This document shows positions 39,504 through 52,710 of a DNA stretch of 64,000 nucleotides, one piece after another (within the stretch, counting starts at the first letter, position 1; every line of letters starts with the position of its first letter). Origin of the DNA: Eledone cirrhosa (Eukaryota); the NCBI GenBank assembly GCA_964016885.1, contig OZ024742.1, positions 332,878,001 through 332,942,000 on the forward strand, read 5' to 3'. A model generated the notes under the pieces. The model saw only the letters and a program-made list of their open reading frames with translations, searched no databases and was not told the origin of the DNA. The translations under genes were made by a program, and so were the position numbers.

Positions 39504-41496
39504 ATGGCTAATTCACCTCTGCAACAAGCAGCTGAAAGCCTTCCTCACAAATTAACACGTCACACCGACACCACCATTGTAAATGTTACTACGTTTGCCA
39601 ACACAAAAAAAAATATAAGCACTAGCAATATTTTAAATTTGTCTCAGGCAGACATTCATTTCCCGCCATTACCAATGACTGCAGGTGTTAAAGCCTCCAC
39701 CACCACCACCACCGCGACAACCACCACCCCCACCACCACCGCGACAACAGAAACAAAAGAAGAAAAAAATAAATTAACTCGTGATGTCGAAATGAAATCA
39801 AGCAAAATGGACTCTTCCGCACCAAAGACGACTGACGTCACCACCACCACAACTGAAACTAAAATTAATATTAACACAAATAACAATAGCAACAACAACA
39901 ACAATGACATTATAAAAACCCCCCTCAGTTTCGCCAGAGTAGCAAAACAATTCGAAGCGTTCACGGTAACTCAGGAAGATTTAGAAAATGCCAAACAAAT
40001 GGTAAAGAAAGATGGGTACAGGGTCAGCCTCACCCCCCACCTAATAAAATGGAGCATCGACGCCTATGCACCGTGTCGTATAGAACAATAAATGTAAAAT
40101 CGCGCCGAGTGGAACGGGCATCCGAGTCCCAAATCCAAAAAGCTTTGGGACATGTGTGGGCAAGAAAAACCCACATCAGACGTGGGCAAAAGTATGGAAC
40201 CGTGGATGTGTTCTTTGAAACACTAGAGGAGGCTAGAGAACACTCCATGGCCCCATTACAATGTGACGACTTCACACTCGTCCCAAGCTATTGTGGCCAG
40301 AGACTCGTAAACATCAGGGTGACCCACGTTCCACCGGCCATCGAAATTCCCTGGCTAATAGCGGCTGTCCTCGCCGGCATCGAAGCCAACAGGAAAATAA
40401 TAGCAATAGCAAAAGAAAAGCAGGAAAACTGGTCCGGATCTGGGATGGAGCTCCTGATCCAAGCGGACCAAAAAAGCATTGAGGAGATCCCAGAGGTAAT
40501 AGACCTCACTGACGGCAGCCACCTCACGGTAATTGTCGAGGGCAGAAGACCTAGGTGTGTCGTTTGTGGTGAAGGAACCCACCTAAGGGCTTTCTGCCCT
40601 CAGGCTAAAAGGTTGAGGCCACCTCTCCTACCCACCCCAGTGACACAACCATCAACACCACCAGTAGCAGAGATGGCAGCAACAACTGTAGCAGCAACAA
40701 CAGAAGCAACTATAACAGCAACAACCCCAGCAACAGTAGCAAAACCAACACCACTACCACCACCAGCAAAACCAACACCACCACCACCCAACGCTTCAGA
40801 ACTAGCACCAGCGCCTACACCATCCACCACACCACAACCAAAACTAACGGCTGTGGAGGATTTTCCACTCTCCGGCCTATCACAACTGGAGACAGATTGT
40901 GACGACGAGGAGTGGGAAACGATATCCGGGAAAAAAAAAGAAACCAAAAAAGAAAAAATTCTCTTCCTTCCCCCTCCAAAAACAAAATACAGAGGGAAAC
41001 AAATAAATTAAGAAACAAAAAAGTTAGGACAGATATGCCACCATCCACACCAGCATCACCAACCCCATCAACCCAAACACCAACACCATCACCATCATTA
41101 ACCCCAGCACCACCATCACCTACACCACAAAAGTCACCAAAATGCGAAACAGAAACAAACCCACAACAAACTCAAACAAAACAAAACAACCAAAACGATA
41201 CACACTACACAGCATTAAATTTGAACAACAAGCAATTATTACACTACATCCAACACAACACCAGCATCACAGAAAAAGACTACACAACAACCCCAAAATT
41301 CACACCACCTCCACACATACAAATCACTCGCATCACACAGAAAACGTACATGACACTAAAACAAAAATTCCCCAAAGACATCGGAGACTACCGACGAGCA
41401 CTTTCCAGGAGGATTTATAAGGACATCCTTCCTGAGGAGGCCACAAGCAGTGAAAAGGATGGAAAAACAGTCCTTCCCCTACGAGAAGTAATGTAA
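39504..41496 (+). pseudogene. Tx1-like ORF1 (gag-like, CCHC knuckle, Pro/Thr-rich), split by two frameshifts
   Basis: Overlapping ORFs 39504-40091, 40049-41011 (CVVCGEGTHLRAFC = CX2CX4HX4C) and 40912-41496. Confidence 0.8.
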
Positions 41497-41530
41497 GTGG
41501 TCTTTCCCATCTTTTCCACTCCTTTTCAAC

Positions 41531-44500
41531 ATGACCTCACTCAGAATAGGCAGCATAAATGCGCGTGGCTTGGGGTCGTCATGGAAGCAGGGCCACCTGC
41601 TCAACGACCTCAGGTCACTAAACATAGATGTAGTGGCCATCAGCGAGACCAGAATCTCCGAAGCACAGGCTTTCGCACCGATCTTCGGTGGCTACGATGT
41701 GTACGCATCTACCAGCCGTCCGGGTTCGGGGGGAGGAGTTGCTGTGCTTTTTCGGAGAGGTTTGGATCTTGCCATACGGGCCATCTTCCTGGACCTAGAA
41801 GGTAAGTTGGTGTTGCTGGACGTGACCAGCAGAGACGGGCAAGCTTTCAGGTTAGTGGCCGGCTATGCCCCGACAGGAGCAGGGCGGCCTGATTTCTTCC
41901 GGCGTCTGGAGACCTTTCTTGGAACGTCCCGCTCTTTAGTGTTAGTGGGCGACTGGAACGGGATCTTAGATGCACGCTGGGATTGTGTGGGATTAGTGGA
42001 TAGGGAAGGAGGGTGCAAGAGTCTCACCAACCTGCTCAGACGTTTTGAACTGTCTGACAGGTACCGAATGGATTTCCCGAATGTACCAATGTGGACTTGG
42101 ACAAATCGCATAGGGTCATCCAGATCATATCTAGATAGAGTATTTTGTAGGGAAATAGATAGGTCTAGCATAGGCTGTCCACAATTCAAGATAGTCAGCT
42201 ACACGGACCACAAATTCGTGATCTGTGTGCTTGACTTAGATAGGCTTCATAGACGAGGACCCGGCTACTGGAAGCTAAACGCGTCCTTACCAGCGCGCAA
42301 GGCCAACAGAGACCGGATTAGCGAACTACTTAAGCGGGCGTTGAAGGGGGCCATCGTCAACAACAAGTGGTGGTTTGCTCTGAAAAGAGCAATTAGAATA
42401 GAGTCCATTAGGTTTAGTAAGACTTTAGCAATAGAGAAAAATAGAGCAGAGGGAGAATTAGTTAGAAAATTAGATGAGGCGCTTAGCAAAGGCATCGCGA
42501 CCGGCGTGCTTGCGGCGAAATTGGCCCTTGACCAATTCTTCAATGCAAAGCACGAAGGCTGCGTTGTCAGAGCTAGGGTGCGTGCTCTCAGACACGAGGG
42601 GACGAAAGCCGTTCAATGGGCCTGAGTGGCGGAGCCGCGTCGTGGCAACAAAGCCACAATCCGGTCTTTGGTGGACCACGACAGGCGCATGCTACTCGAT
42701 CCCGGGAAAATGTGTGAAGCTTTTCAGCGACACTTCGCTCAACTGTTCGGGGGCAGTGGCGGGCCGGATCGAGGGATGGACTTTAGTGTCTACCTCGACG
42801 GACTGCCGCGGCTTTCGGCCACTGAGGCGGAGTGTTGCGAAAAGCCGATAACAACCGCTGAAGTACGGGATGCAATGACTAGTTGCACAAGGGGTAAATC
42901 GCCTGGATTGGATGGTCTGCCCTATGAACTTTACGTACAAATGCCAAACTTGTTCGGAGGCCTCTTGGCGGACGTCTACTGCAACTGGCAACAGAACGGG
43001 AGAATTCCCAGCTCTGTGAGCCGAGGAGCGGTGGCGCTGCTGAGAAAGGATCCGAACAAGGGGGATAACATAGATCATTTTAGGCCCATAACTCTGCTAA
43101 ACACAGAGTTCAAGATTTTGGTCCAGGTGCTAGCAAAGAGGTTGGCGCTTGTCGTTGGTGGTCTGGTGGGAGAGGCACAGACATGCGCCATTCCCGAAAG
43201 ATCCATCCACGACAACCTCCACCTCATGCGATACATCGTAGAGAGGGTAGCTAGGGAACCTGGCACGGGTGGGTCTTTGATCAATTTAGATCAGTCGAAA
43301 GCCTTCGATAGGGTCGACCATCGTTACCTAGCGGCAGTCCTGAGGGCGGCTGGCTTTGGGCCCGTCTTCAGAGGCTGGATCGCTGCCATGCACAGCGACA
43401 TCTGCTCTGTAGTGAGAGTGACCGGTCACCTTTCGGAACCGTTCAACATCATGCGCTCGGTCCGCCAAGGATGTCCCCTCTCGTCCCTATTGTACGTATT
43501 GACTCTCGAGCCATTACTGCACAAACTGGAGACGTTGAGGGGGGTCCCGCGCGAACTAGGATGCGGAAGATCCGTGTCAGCATATGCCGACGATGTCACC
43601 GTAGTGGTGTCGAACGCCAAACACATCGAGGCGATTGGCGCTACACTAAGAGAATACGAAGCGGTGACAGGAGCAATGATCAACCAGGAAAAGTCAGTGG
43701 GCCTGCAGCTCGGCACCTGGAGAGGCAGGTCCATGCCGTCCAACAGCGTAGTCGGGCGCTGGACGGACGGACCGGTTAAATTGCTAGGGGTCTGGTTCGG
43801 TCCAGACCTCCAGACGGACAAAAACTGGGACGAGGTGACGAGCAGGGTGGCTTCTCTCACCCAGAAATGGGCCGAGAGGAAGCTATCCTGAAAGGTCGAG
43901 CGGAGGTGGCGAATGCGTACATCGCATCCGTCATCTACTCCCGCCTGACCGTCGTACCTTGTCCTAAGCCCTGCCTGACTGCGCTGGAGCGTTTGCTCTT
44001 TCGCTTCTTGTGGAAGGGACGCGCTCCGATGGTCAGGCGGTCCATCTGCTGTCAACACCCGCTGCGTGGAGGGCTGGGCATGCCGTGGCTGATGATGCGC
44101 AGACACGCGCTCAGGCTACGACATCTCCACCTCTTCCTCGACGGTGATCAGGTGTGGTCGCCGTTTGCTAGACGCGTTTTTCCCCAGCTCGTCTCCTTGA
44201 CGGAGCTGCAGTCCTGGGTCAAGCGAAGACCGAGAGGGAGCGCTTGGAGACTGGAATGTCTTCAGGCGCTCACAGCCCTCGACCAATCGGGCAATGTGAT
44301 CGGTGGAAACTCCACCTTGGTGTTCTATAGGGGATTAGTGGAGGGGAAGAGCGACGACGTACTTGGAGAAACTCTAGGCGTCGACGAAAATCAACTAGCC
44401 AATCTCTTCGGAAGGACTTTCGGGCCGGGGCCTATGGACAACTTCCAGAAATCCCTGGCCTGGCAGTGCTACCGAGGAGCTTTGCCAGTTTGGGATAAAC

Positions 44501-44949
44501 TCTACAGGCATGGAGGTGCCGTCAGCCGGGCATGTCCGAGATGCGCGCAGGGCGACGAAACCGTCCTGCACGTACTCGTCCAGTGTCCGAGCATTGCTGA
44601 CTTGTGGGTTTATGTCGAACACCTGCTGTCACGTGTAGGACTGATCCAGCTATCAGCTGAGTCCATTGTGAGGATTGCCCCGCCCCCTTCCTTTAGCCGG
44701 GAAGGGCAGGCAGTTTTTATCTGTCTGGTGGCCATGGCGAAAGAGATAGTATGGTGGACACGTTTGAAAGGGCTGAAGACGAGCACTTACCTCTTCGGTG
44801 ATGCCCTGATTAACTTTTTCAAATTTCATCTGAAAAGGAAAATCAGGGTAGAGAGGGAAGTGCTCTCTTCCCAGCATTTTGTTGAAAGATGGGTGAGAGA
44901 AGCAAGTATGGCCCGAATGAATGGGCCTTCTCTGAGTATGTGTCTGTAA
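41531..44949 (+). pseudogene. Tx1-like ORF2 (APE endonuclease, reverse transcriptase, C-terminal CCHC) with one in-frame TGA (42623) and one frameshift (about 43888)
   Basis: SINARGL, ISET, LVGDWN, LDRVF, TDH, WKLN; RPITLLN, LDQSKAFDRVDH, RQGCPLS, AYADD, LLGV; CPRC..DETVLHVLVQC. Confidence 0.92.
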
Positions 44950-45215
44950 ATTAAAGGTGGAAAACTGGGAGAGGGCACTTGCCCTGGTGGTCAGGGCCAC
45001 TGTGGTCTTTTAATGGGCTTTCTCCACAAATGTCCCTCGGAAGTCTCCCCCCTATTGGTGAATTTTTTCTTTGTTATTTTATTTCATCCTTTGTTTTTTT
45101 ACACGCAGTAATGCCCATTTGTACAGTCCTGTATTGTCCTGTACTGTCCTTAATGTCTACTTTATGTAAACCCTTGTGGTTAATAAAGAAAACATTATTA
45201 TTATTATTATTATTA

Positions 45216-45277
<62 letters not shown>

Positions 45278-45439
45278 TGTAGTAGTAGTAGTAGTAGTAG
45301 TAGTATGAGCTGTTGTGGTAATAACAGCGAGGGTGTTGGTGGCATTAGATTTGGTCATAGAATGTGATGGTGCTGGTTGTATATAATGGCGTAGTTGTAA
45401 TGGTGCTGCTATTGCTGATGTTGTATTGATGTATGTCGT

Positions 45440-46241
45440 ATGGTTCCGTGCAGTCAATCCTAGCATATGAATCGAAAATGCGGCGTGTCGCCGCCAAGTT
45501 TGCCACCCGCCTGCTGACAACACAGCAGAAACGACATGGCTTCGAGATCTGTCAAGATATCCCTCAGTGTGCCACTAATGAGCCATCTTCCATGTCCAGG
45601 ATGATCTCCGCTGATGAAAGTTGGGTCTACGGGTGCGACCCTGAGAGGAATCAGCAGTCGACACAATGGAAAAACTCTTCATCTCAACGGCCGAAGAAGG
45701 CACGACAGAGCCACAGCTCATCAAGAACATGCTCGTGGTTTTTACAGCAACCGTAGTATTGTGTATCGAGAAATCATCCCTCAGGGCCAGACCGTCAATC
45801 GAGAGCTCTACTGCAACGTTTTGATTTGTTTGAGGGAGGATGTTCGGCTGAAGCGACCGGATCCGTGATCGCGAATAATTGGGTTCTTCACGACGACATT
45901 GCATCCTGTCACCGAGCTCTCCTCATTCCAGAGTTTCACGCCCAAAACAACTTTGTTTCGCTCCTGCGCCCACCCTATTCGCCACGTTTATCACTTTAAG
46001 GACATCCGTCTTTTCTCCGAGATTAACATGCAGTTCAATGGTCGCCGTTGCCGAGATCCAGAGCGAATTGGAGACGGTCCGCGACGTAGAGGCCGGATTC
46101 CAAAAGTGTCAAGCACGCTGGGATCAGGCTATTGTTGTGCAAGGCGACTATTTTGACGAAGATGATGTAAAAATGTAGGTAAATATATTAGTTTTTTTGT
46201 AAATATAACTAATACGGGAACATTTTGATACCACAAACGTA
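45440..46241 (+). mobile_element. Mariner-type DNA transposon relic (5'-truncated transposase pseudogene plus right TIR)
   Basis: MRRVAAKFATRLLT..ISADESWVYGCDPE..QQSTQW..RPKKARQS, WVLHDD and RWDQAIVVQGDYFD; ends gggaacattttgataccacaaacgTA. Confidence 0.85.
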
Positions 46242-46282
46242 CATATGTATACACACATATATATATACACACACACACACGC

Positions 46283-46327
<45 letters not shown>

Positions 46328-47070
46328 AATATATATAGAAAGATTTGAATGGATACAGTTTAGTTGAAAGGAATTTATTGACACGTGTTTCTATAACAGT
46401 TACGTAACCTAAAACAGCTGCTATCTACAAACTTTTAGTTATGCAGACATTCAATATTTCAATGTTATTATTTACTGTCATTTCATCAGAATAATATTAC
46501 TGAGGACCTATTTAGTTTTTATAGAGAATATTAGGAGGGAGGGGTGAAGTTGTTAGAAGAATAGTTGAAGGAGTGGTTTTTCGATAGCAGTGAGAATTCT
46601 TGGTGGCAGTGAGTAATTAGATTCACATCTGTTGTTTTGACATTTTTTATAGAATATATTATTGGTTATTTTTCTAAATCTATAGAAGGATTAGAGATAG
46701 TAAAGATATGCGTGGTTGGTTTTGTGTTTGCACTTAATTAACATTCAGACTTAAATTTTTCTTTCTAGTGTAAGTATCCTTTCACACACGCATTCACACA
46801 CAAATATATTTGCACACCTCTACAAAATACATATACTCACAATTCACATATTCATACTTACATATATATACGCATGCATACACATATATATACACACATG
46901 TATTCATATACATACATACGCGCTCATGTGTATACATTTTCATACTCAACTTATCTTTATATACACACGTATAGACACACACATATATACATACATACTC
47001 TAGTCCATGTGTACACACATACACATACATACACATCTATATACACATACATACATACACATATATATAT

Positions 47071-47102
<32 letters not shown>

Positions 47103-48279
47103 ATATATACATATATATATACATATATACACATATATATATATATATATACACATACACATATATATATATATATATAAGCACTTTAATACATGAATAC
47201 ACTTACATCTAACTATACACATCAAACATATATATATATTTACTTATTTATATACATTTTCACATATATATACATACTTATGGACGTTTTTAGACACATT
47301 CATAATCGCATATTTGCACCTATTCTCATCAGCATATCTTTCCATTATTAGTGTGGTAATTTAAGGTTATTAATATATGTTGAGAAGAGATTGTTTTTAT
47401 ATTTTTCTAACTAGATTAAGGTTTATATAGTTGGGGGATGTCCCTCTTTTATGTAATATTCGGCTTGTAGTGGGAAAAAAGGGTTTTAGTTCTGTGACGG
47501 CAGAATAATGTTCGTTCAATTCTGTTATTCAGCAGTTTCTTCTTGTGTGTGATTATGTAATAAATCTCAAGATTACACAATTTGCAGAAATTTTGGCTCC
47601 TGGAAAAGCTTTGGGTTTTAGCTAATTTCTCCCATTTTAGGGTATAAATATATATATATATATATATATATCCCAAGTTATGTTTTACAGTTCAAATATT
47701 ATTTGATAACAAACATCCCGTCAATGGTCACGAGAGAGCCTTTCTGCGATTCTTGAATTGACTTAAATTGGAAGACAACTATGGCAATATAGTCACAGTT
47801 ACGTGTGTAGGACCTGTTATATTTTCATTGATAAAAGACAAGCACTAGTCTTAGACAAAACAGTCTCTGTTGACTGCTGTAGAATCAATGGATCAACAAA
47901 CCGTGTTACATACAGATATACACAGTTACATAAGCCGAACGGACAGATGCAAATCTCCTCGTCAGCCACCTTGTTTTAAGTACAATTTCGCGCAGTATGG
48001 CGGTATTACACATGTGATGCCAGTTTGCGCAACATATTGGATAACCAGCAGTCTGTTGGGATGATGCATATGAGAAGATAACAAACAAAGACCGAAGAGA
48101 CAAATTTTAAGGTATCTTTCGACAGTGATAAATACGAAATAAATTTACGGCTAGAATATAACAGATGACGGATATTATATGTAAAATCTGCAACATATTA
48201 CGCTTGGGAGAGAAGGTGATTTTTTATTTTTGTCGAGAAAATATTATTTGATTACGGAGACGAAGAAAAATATAATGGT

Positions 48280-48408
48280 TTCTGATTTAGACACAAGGCC
48301 AGCAATTTTTTTGTTGTTGTGGGGTGGTGGTGGTGGTGATTAAATCAACCCCGGTGTTTTATTGGTGCTTTATTTATCGACTCCGTAAGGATGAAAGTTA
48401 AAGCTAAC
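48280..48408 (-). mobile_element. SINE copy (degenerate)
   Basis: cacaaggccagcaat...ttatcgactccgtaaggatgaaag. Confidence 0.7.
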
Positions 48409-49588
48409 GCTCTATGCTGATTACCGTGGCTTGTTTCTTCCACTACCCCTCGCTATCTACTTCCGGATAAGCCAATCTTTCGGTCTTTTTCTTATCAGAC
48501 ATGACAAACACCAGATCATTTCTTACGAATCTCTGTAACAAAACCATATTCACCCGATGAAATTCAAAAATTCCCTTTTCACTGAGTAGACATATAATCA
48601 TAGACGTTTCAAATGTGACTACCCTTATTTCATTCAAACAGCATATCTAGGAGTACATTATCTAAATATGGCCTTTATTCTTTTAGTTTCTTTTCTTTTT
48701 TTAAATGGCAGGGCGTGATTTAAGAATTATTTGGCTGTTTTTCTTTTCTAGCTGGTCGAGAGGGCAAGTACAGGCTCTCTACGTCATTCACTAACAGCGG
48801 AAATGTTGTTGTTGATGGTTGTGGTGTTGCTAGTGATGATGATGGTTCTTTTGCCAGCTGTGTTTGTGATGATGCCTTTGTTAGTGCTGGTGGATATGAT
48901 GATAATGGTGTTGGTGGTGAGGGTGCAATTGTTGTTGGTGGTAGTGATAATGCTGTTGCCATTGGTCGTGGTACTGGTGACGATGCTGTTGTTGTTGTTG
49001 TTGTTGATTATAGTAGTGTTCGTAATGATGTTGCTGTTCTTAAAGATGATGATGGTGTTAGTGGTAGTGGTGACCATAATGATGGTGATGCTGATGATTA
49101 ATCATAGTGGTGGTGATAAGGAGGCGGAGATTGATGATAGTGATTGAGGCAGTGTTATGTGGTGAACAAGATGAAGTATGATGATAATGAAAGTGGTGAT
49201 GTGTCAAGTGACAATCCTATATCAGTTTACATAGATAAAATGTAAATGGTTAAGATAGACGTTGTTTGTCTAACCTGTGTTAACTGGTTCAAGTACTAAC
49301 GACACGAGATCTTTGTCTTCAGATTTTATTTCCCCTCCTCTTTGTGTGGTATGTCAGCTTCGCCTGAAAGACTGAGTGCAAATACGTGTCTTTATGTATG
49401 TGCCTGTGTATATGAACATTTGGTTGACTTAAAAAAAGCTTGGGGAGATTGAAAATGTGGTCGATCCAATGCAGATGACTATAGCAATAGCTGATCACTG
49501 TTGAGAAAATCGGGTAAAGTGCCAGGGGACGAAAAAAAGCGGGTTCACGCTTTTCCGTCTCCTGAGGCACTTCACTTTGGGACGGCTT

Positions 49589-49675
<87 letters not shown>

Positions 49676-50054
49676 ACGATGCAGCATAAACACACTCCAC
49701 TTTTTTCTTCGTTTGAACTCATAAAACTAATAGTGATTACCTTTATGTGTTTCAAAATTTGTCTCCTAAAAACAAAATAACGGTCCCTGTTATGTTCCCA
49801 TCGGATTGATTTTGGCCATAACAGAAGGGATTCAAACATCCTGTAGTTATATCTAAAGTAATCTCAAATCGTTTATATATTTATCGTGTACATAATTGCA
49901 TTGAAAATAAGTGCGAAATATATATGACAAAAAATGTATGTCATATTATGTAATATATTTCATATATTTGGCTATATTTACCCTATTTTAATTATTGCCG
50001 TGGGATATGCATATCCTCCTTTTTGATATAACAATCTAAAATATAATGATACTT

Positions 50055-50200
50055 CAGATTTAGGGACACAAACCAATAGTTTTTTTGGAGGGGGGAAATT
50101 TGATTAAAACGACCCCAGTGCATTACCCTTGCTTTATTTTATCGACCCCATAAGAATGAAAGGCAAAACTAACCTGGACAGGATTAGAAATCAGAACGTA
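50055..50200 (-). mobile_element. SINE copy (degenerate)
   Basis: ttttatcgaccccataagaatgaaaggcaaaactaacc...tcagaacgtaa. Confidence 0.7.
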
Positions 50201-51069
50201 AAAAATAATACTAATAATAATTATGCCGAATCTTACGTGTTTTAAGGTAGAACTTATGAAACCACTAAGAATTTGTTGTTGTTTTCAGCATCAGATATCC
50301 GAATCTGCCTAAGAATTTATATTTTTAATTCAAAATAAATGTGTTTATTGTTCAATCAAACAGTAACGTAGTGACACTGACAGCTTGCTGCCTTTATTAT
50401 CTTTCATATATGCATATATTTAGTTTGCATTTGTATTGTCTCAGCGCGTCTTCTTTGCTTTTAATAATTATATTTTCCTCCTTGATAAACTAAAATTGAA
50501 ACAGTTTTTTCGCAAAGTGAAATACTGTTTTCTTTTAATTTAGTTTTAAAAAGGAAATCAAAATAGAAACGTTAGCTGTGCTTCACTAAATTAAGTGACG
50601 AAATATTTTTGGTTTAAATGTAATCAAACACGACAAAATATGAAAAATAATTTTGTAATTACCTCTTGCATATGCATCTTCTACACACTTCATTTACCAG
50701 ATGTTATGCTTAAAACGTTTGCTGCCTTAAAAACCCAAATATTTCTCATATAGTTTCCACAGATTATATTCAATATTTATGGGAGGCACTGATGAAGCTC
50801 CAACTTTATAATATGTTTTATATCTCATACAGCCATACAACAAAACAGAAAATAGCCTTTGAAAATAACCATTTTAGTATATTTTTGGTGTTTGTTGTTG
50901 AATGAATAATGAAGAAATGTGAGGAACTGAGTTGAAGTAGGCAAGTATATGACTTATAATGCTACGAGTTTTGATAATGGACTTACTCGAACATTGTCCA
51001 AATGAATACATAATATGCAGTTAAACCGTGTAAGAGTAATTTTTCTTCCACTGATTTTCAGTGGGATTG

Positions 51070-51264
51070 CAGACCTGCCAACTTCTAAAACCCTAAACGG
51101 GGAGTACCATGAAAAAAGGTGGCTCCAAACGGGGAGAAATGAGGCAAAATGGGGAGGTTTTACATAATGAAAGTTATACCGATTTTCACAAGAGAAGACA
51201 TCTCTCACCAATCCCAATGTGGGTGGGAGATCTCCACGTGGGACGGGGAGATTTGACAGGTCTG
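51070..51264. mobile_element. 195-bp MITE with 6-bp TSD
   Basis: TIRs cagacctgccaa / ttgacaggtctg; ggattg duplicated at 51064-51069 and 51265-51270. Confidence 0.75.
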
Positions 51265-51870
51265 GGATTGTATCAGTGATCGCGTCGTAAACAGCGCGAC
51301 TCAGATTTTGACAACAAGAAATAAATTATGACTGTAAATGAAGTTAATGGGTTTTGGAATGGCTAAAATGATACTTCCACACGTAATTGTTTTAGCTTTA
51401 ACTCGTGCTCTTAGATCCACGCAAGTACACTCAAATTACATGTCATCTATTAAAGATATCACTGATAAAACAGAACTTTCGAACGATCAAACGTGTAGTC
51501 GTTTGGATGGATATTTTAGATATGTTTGTTACCTGTCACGTTATTTTAGTTAGTTGTAGATTAAGGTCATAATATCTAAAAAAAATCAAAATCTGAAGAA
51601 TTTGCACATACATATAATATAAGGGCGTTAGTCCCCCGATGTTTGCATAGTTACGGTTTGCTAAAACCGTATTTCTTTGGAGATACGAAATATTTATACA
51701 TATTGTATGAAGCTATGCTTGAAGCGAAATCATATTTCTTTTCTATTATAAGTTGAGCCAACTTATGCAGCTTCATATGCAAATGAGATTAACGACCTCA
51801 TTTACACAGACGAGAAAACTATATATTCTCGCCTGTCTTCTAGTCCAGCAGTCGCAAGCGCTGGGAGGTA

Positions 51871-51912
51871 CCGTCTTGACGAAGGCCATTTAAGCCTGAA
51901 ATGCATAGACGG
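51871..51912 (+). ncRNA. Minimal hammerhead-like motif (C3U variant) inside a 323-bp terminally redundant unit (51622-52029)
   Basis: CCGTC-TTGACGA-AGGC(catttaa)GCCT-GAAA-TGCA-TA-GACGG. Confidence 0.7.
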
Positions 51913-52277
51913 ATGCCCCCCTTGCTTCTGCTGGACATCACCAGAGGGCGTTAGCCCCCGATTTCTGCATAGCTACGGCTTCCTAAAACCGTATTTCTTT
52001 GGAGATACGAAATATTTATACATAATGTATATGTTTATTTTATTTACAGAATTAATCTCAAATTGATTCTTTAAATTTAACTACTTAACATTAACTCTAT
52101 AAACTTATCATTAAAATAAAGAACATAATATCCTACTTCAAGTATCCAGAACCTTATTTATGTATGTTTCAAAATATGTGTGTGAATATATATATATATA
52201 TGCATACTTACACGTACGTACAGCCTCCCCTACACACCCACACACACGTACGCACACACATACACACGTGTATATTA

Positions 52278-52326
<49 letters not shown>

Positions 52327-52337
52327 AAGTATATATA

Positions 52338-52635
52338 TATATTAGTAAAATGTAAAGAAGATGCTGACAAATTTTTCCCAGTGAAAAATAGTTTAATTAG
52401 GAATAAGTATAAATTAGTAATAAGTATTGGTTAGTATTCAGTTTTAGTATTAGGTATCACGAGCGCTCTATCTCAAAATTATTTTTGTAAAGCATTAGAA
52501 ATGCGCAACCGTTAAAAACTTAAAACTAAAACTGAATACTAACCAATACTTATTACTAATTTATACTTATTCCTAATTAAACTATTTATCACTGGGAACA
52601 TTTTGTCAGCATTTTCTTTTCCTTTTACTAATATA
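52338..52635. repeat. Fold-back/MITE-like inverted repeat, arms about 110 bp, next to (TA)n
   Basis: 52338-52450 is an imperfect reverse complement of 52523-52635, with a near-perfect core around tagtttaattaggaataagtataaattagtaataagtattggttagtattcagttttag. Confidence 0.85.
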
Positions 52636-52666
52636 TCACAACTCGTGTGTTACAACTGTATTTTTT

Positions 52667-52710
<44 letters not shown>

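Larger units (their letters stand above)
39294..45194 (+). mobile_element. Apparently full-length Tx1/L1-clade LINE (about 5.9 kb) between (TTA)n tracts
   Basis: ORF1 with zinc knuckle, ORF2 with APE-RT-CCHC, 3' UTR ending AATAAAGAAAAC then (ATT)n; (TTA)n at 39250-39293. Confidence 0.93.

Noticed and set aside
47820-48130. Possible host exon (also 56776-56967)
   Set aside because: Short ORFs with no recognisable domain and no convincing splice pattern.
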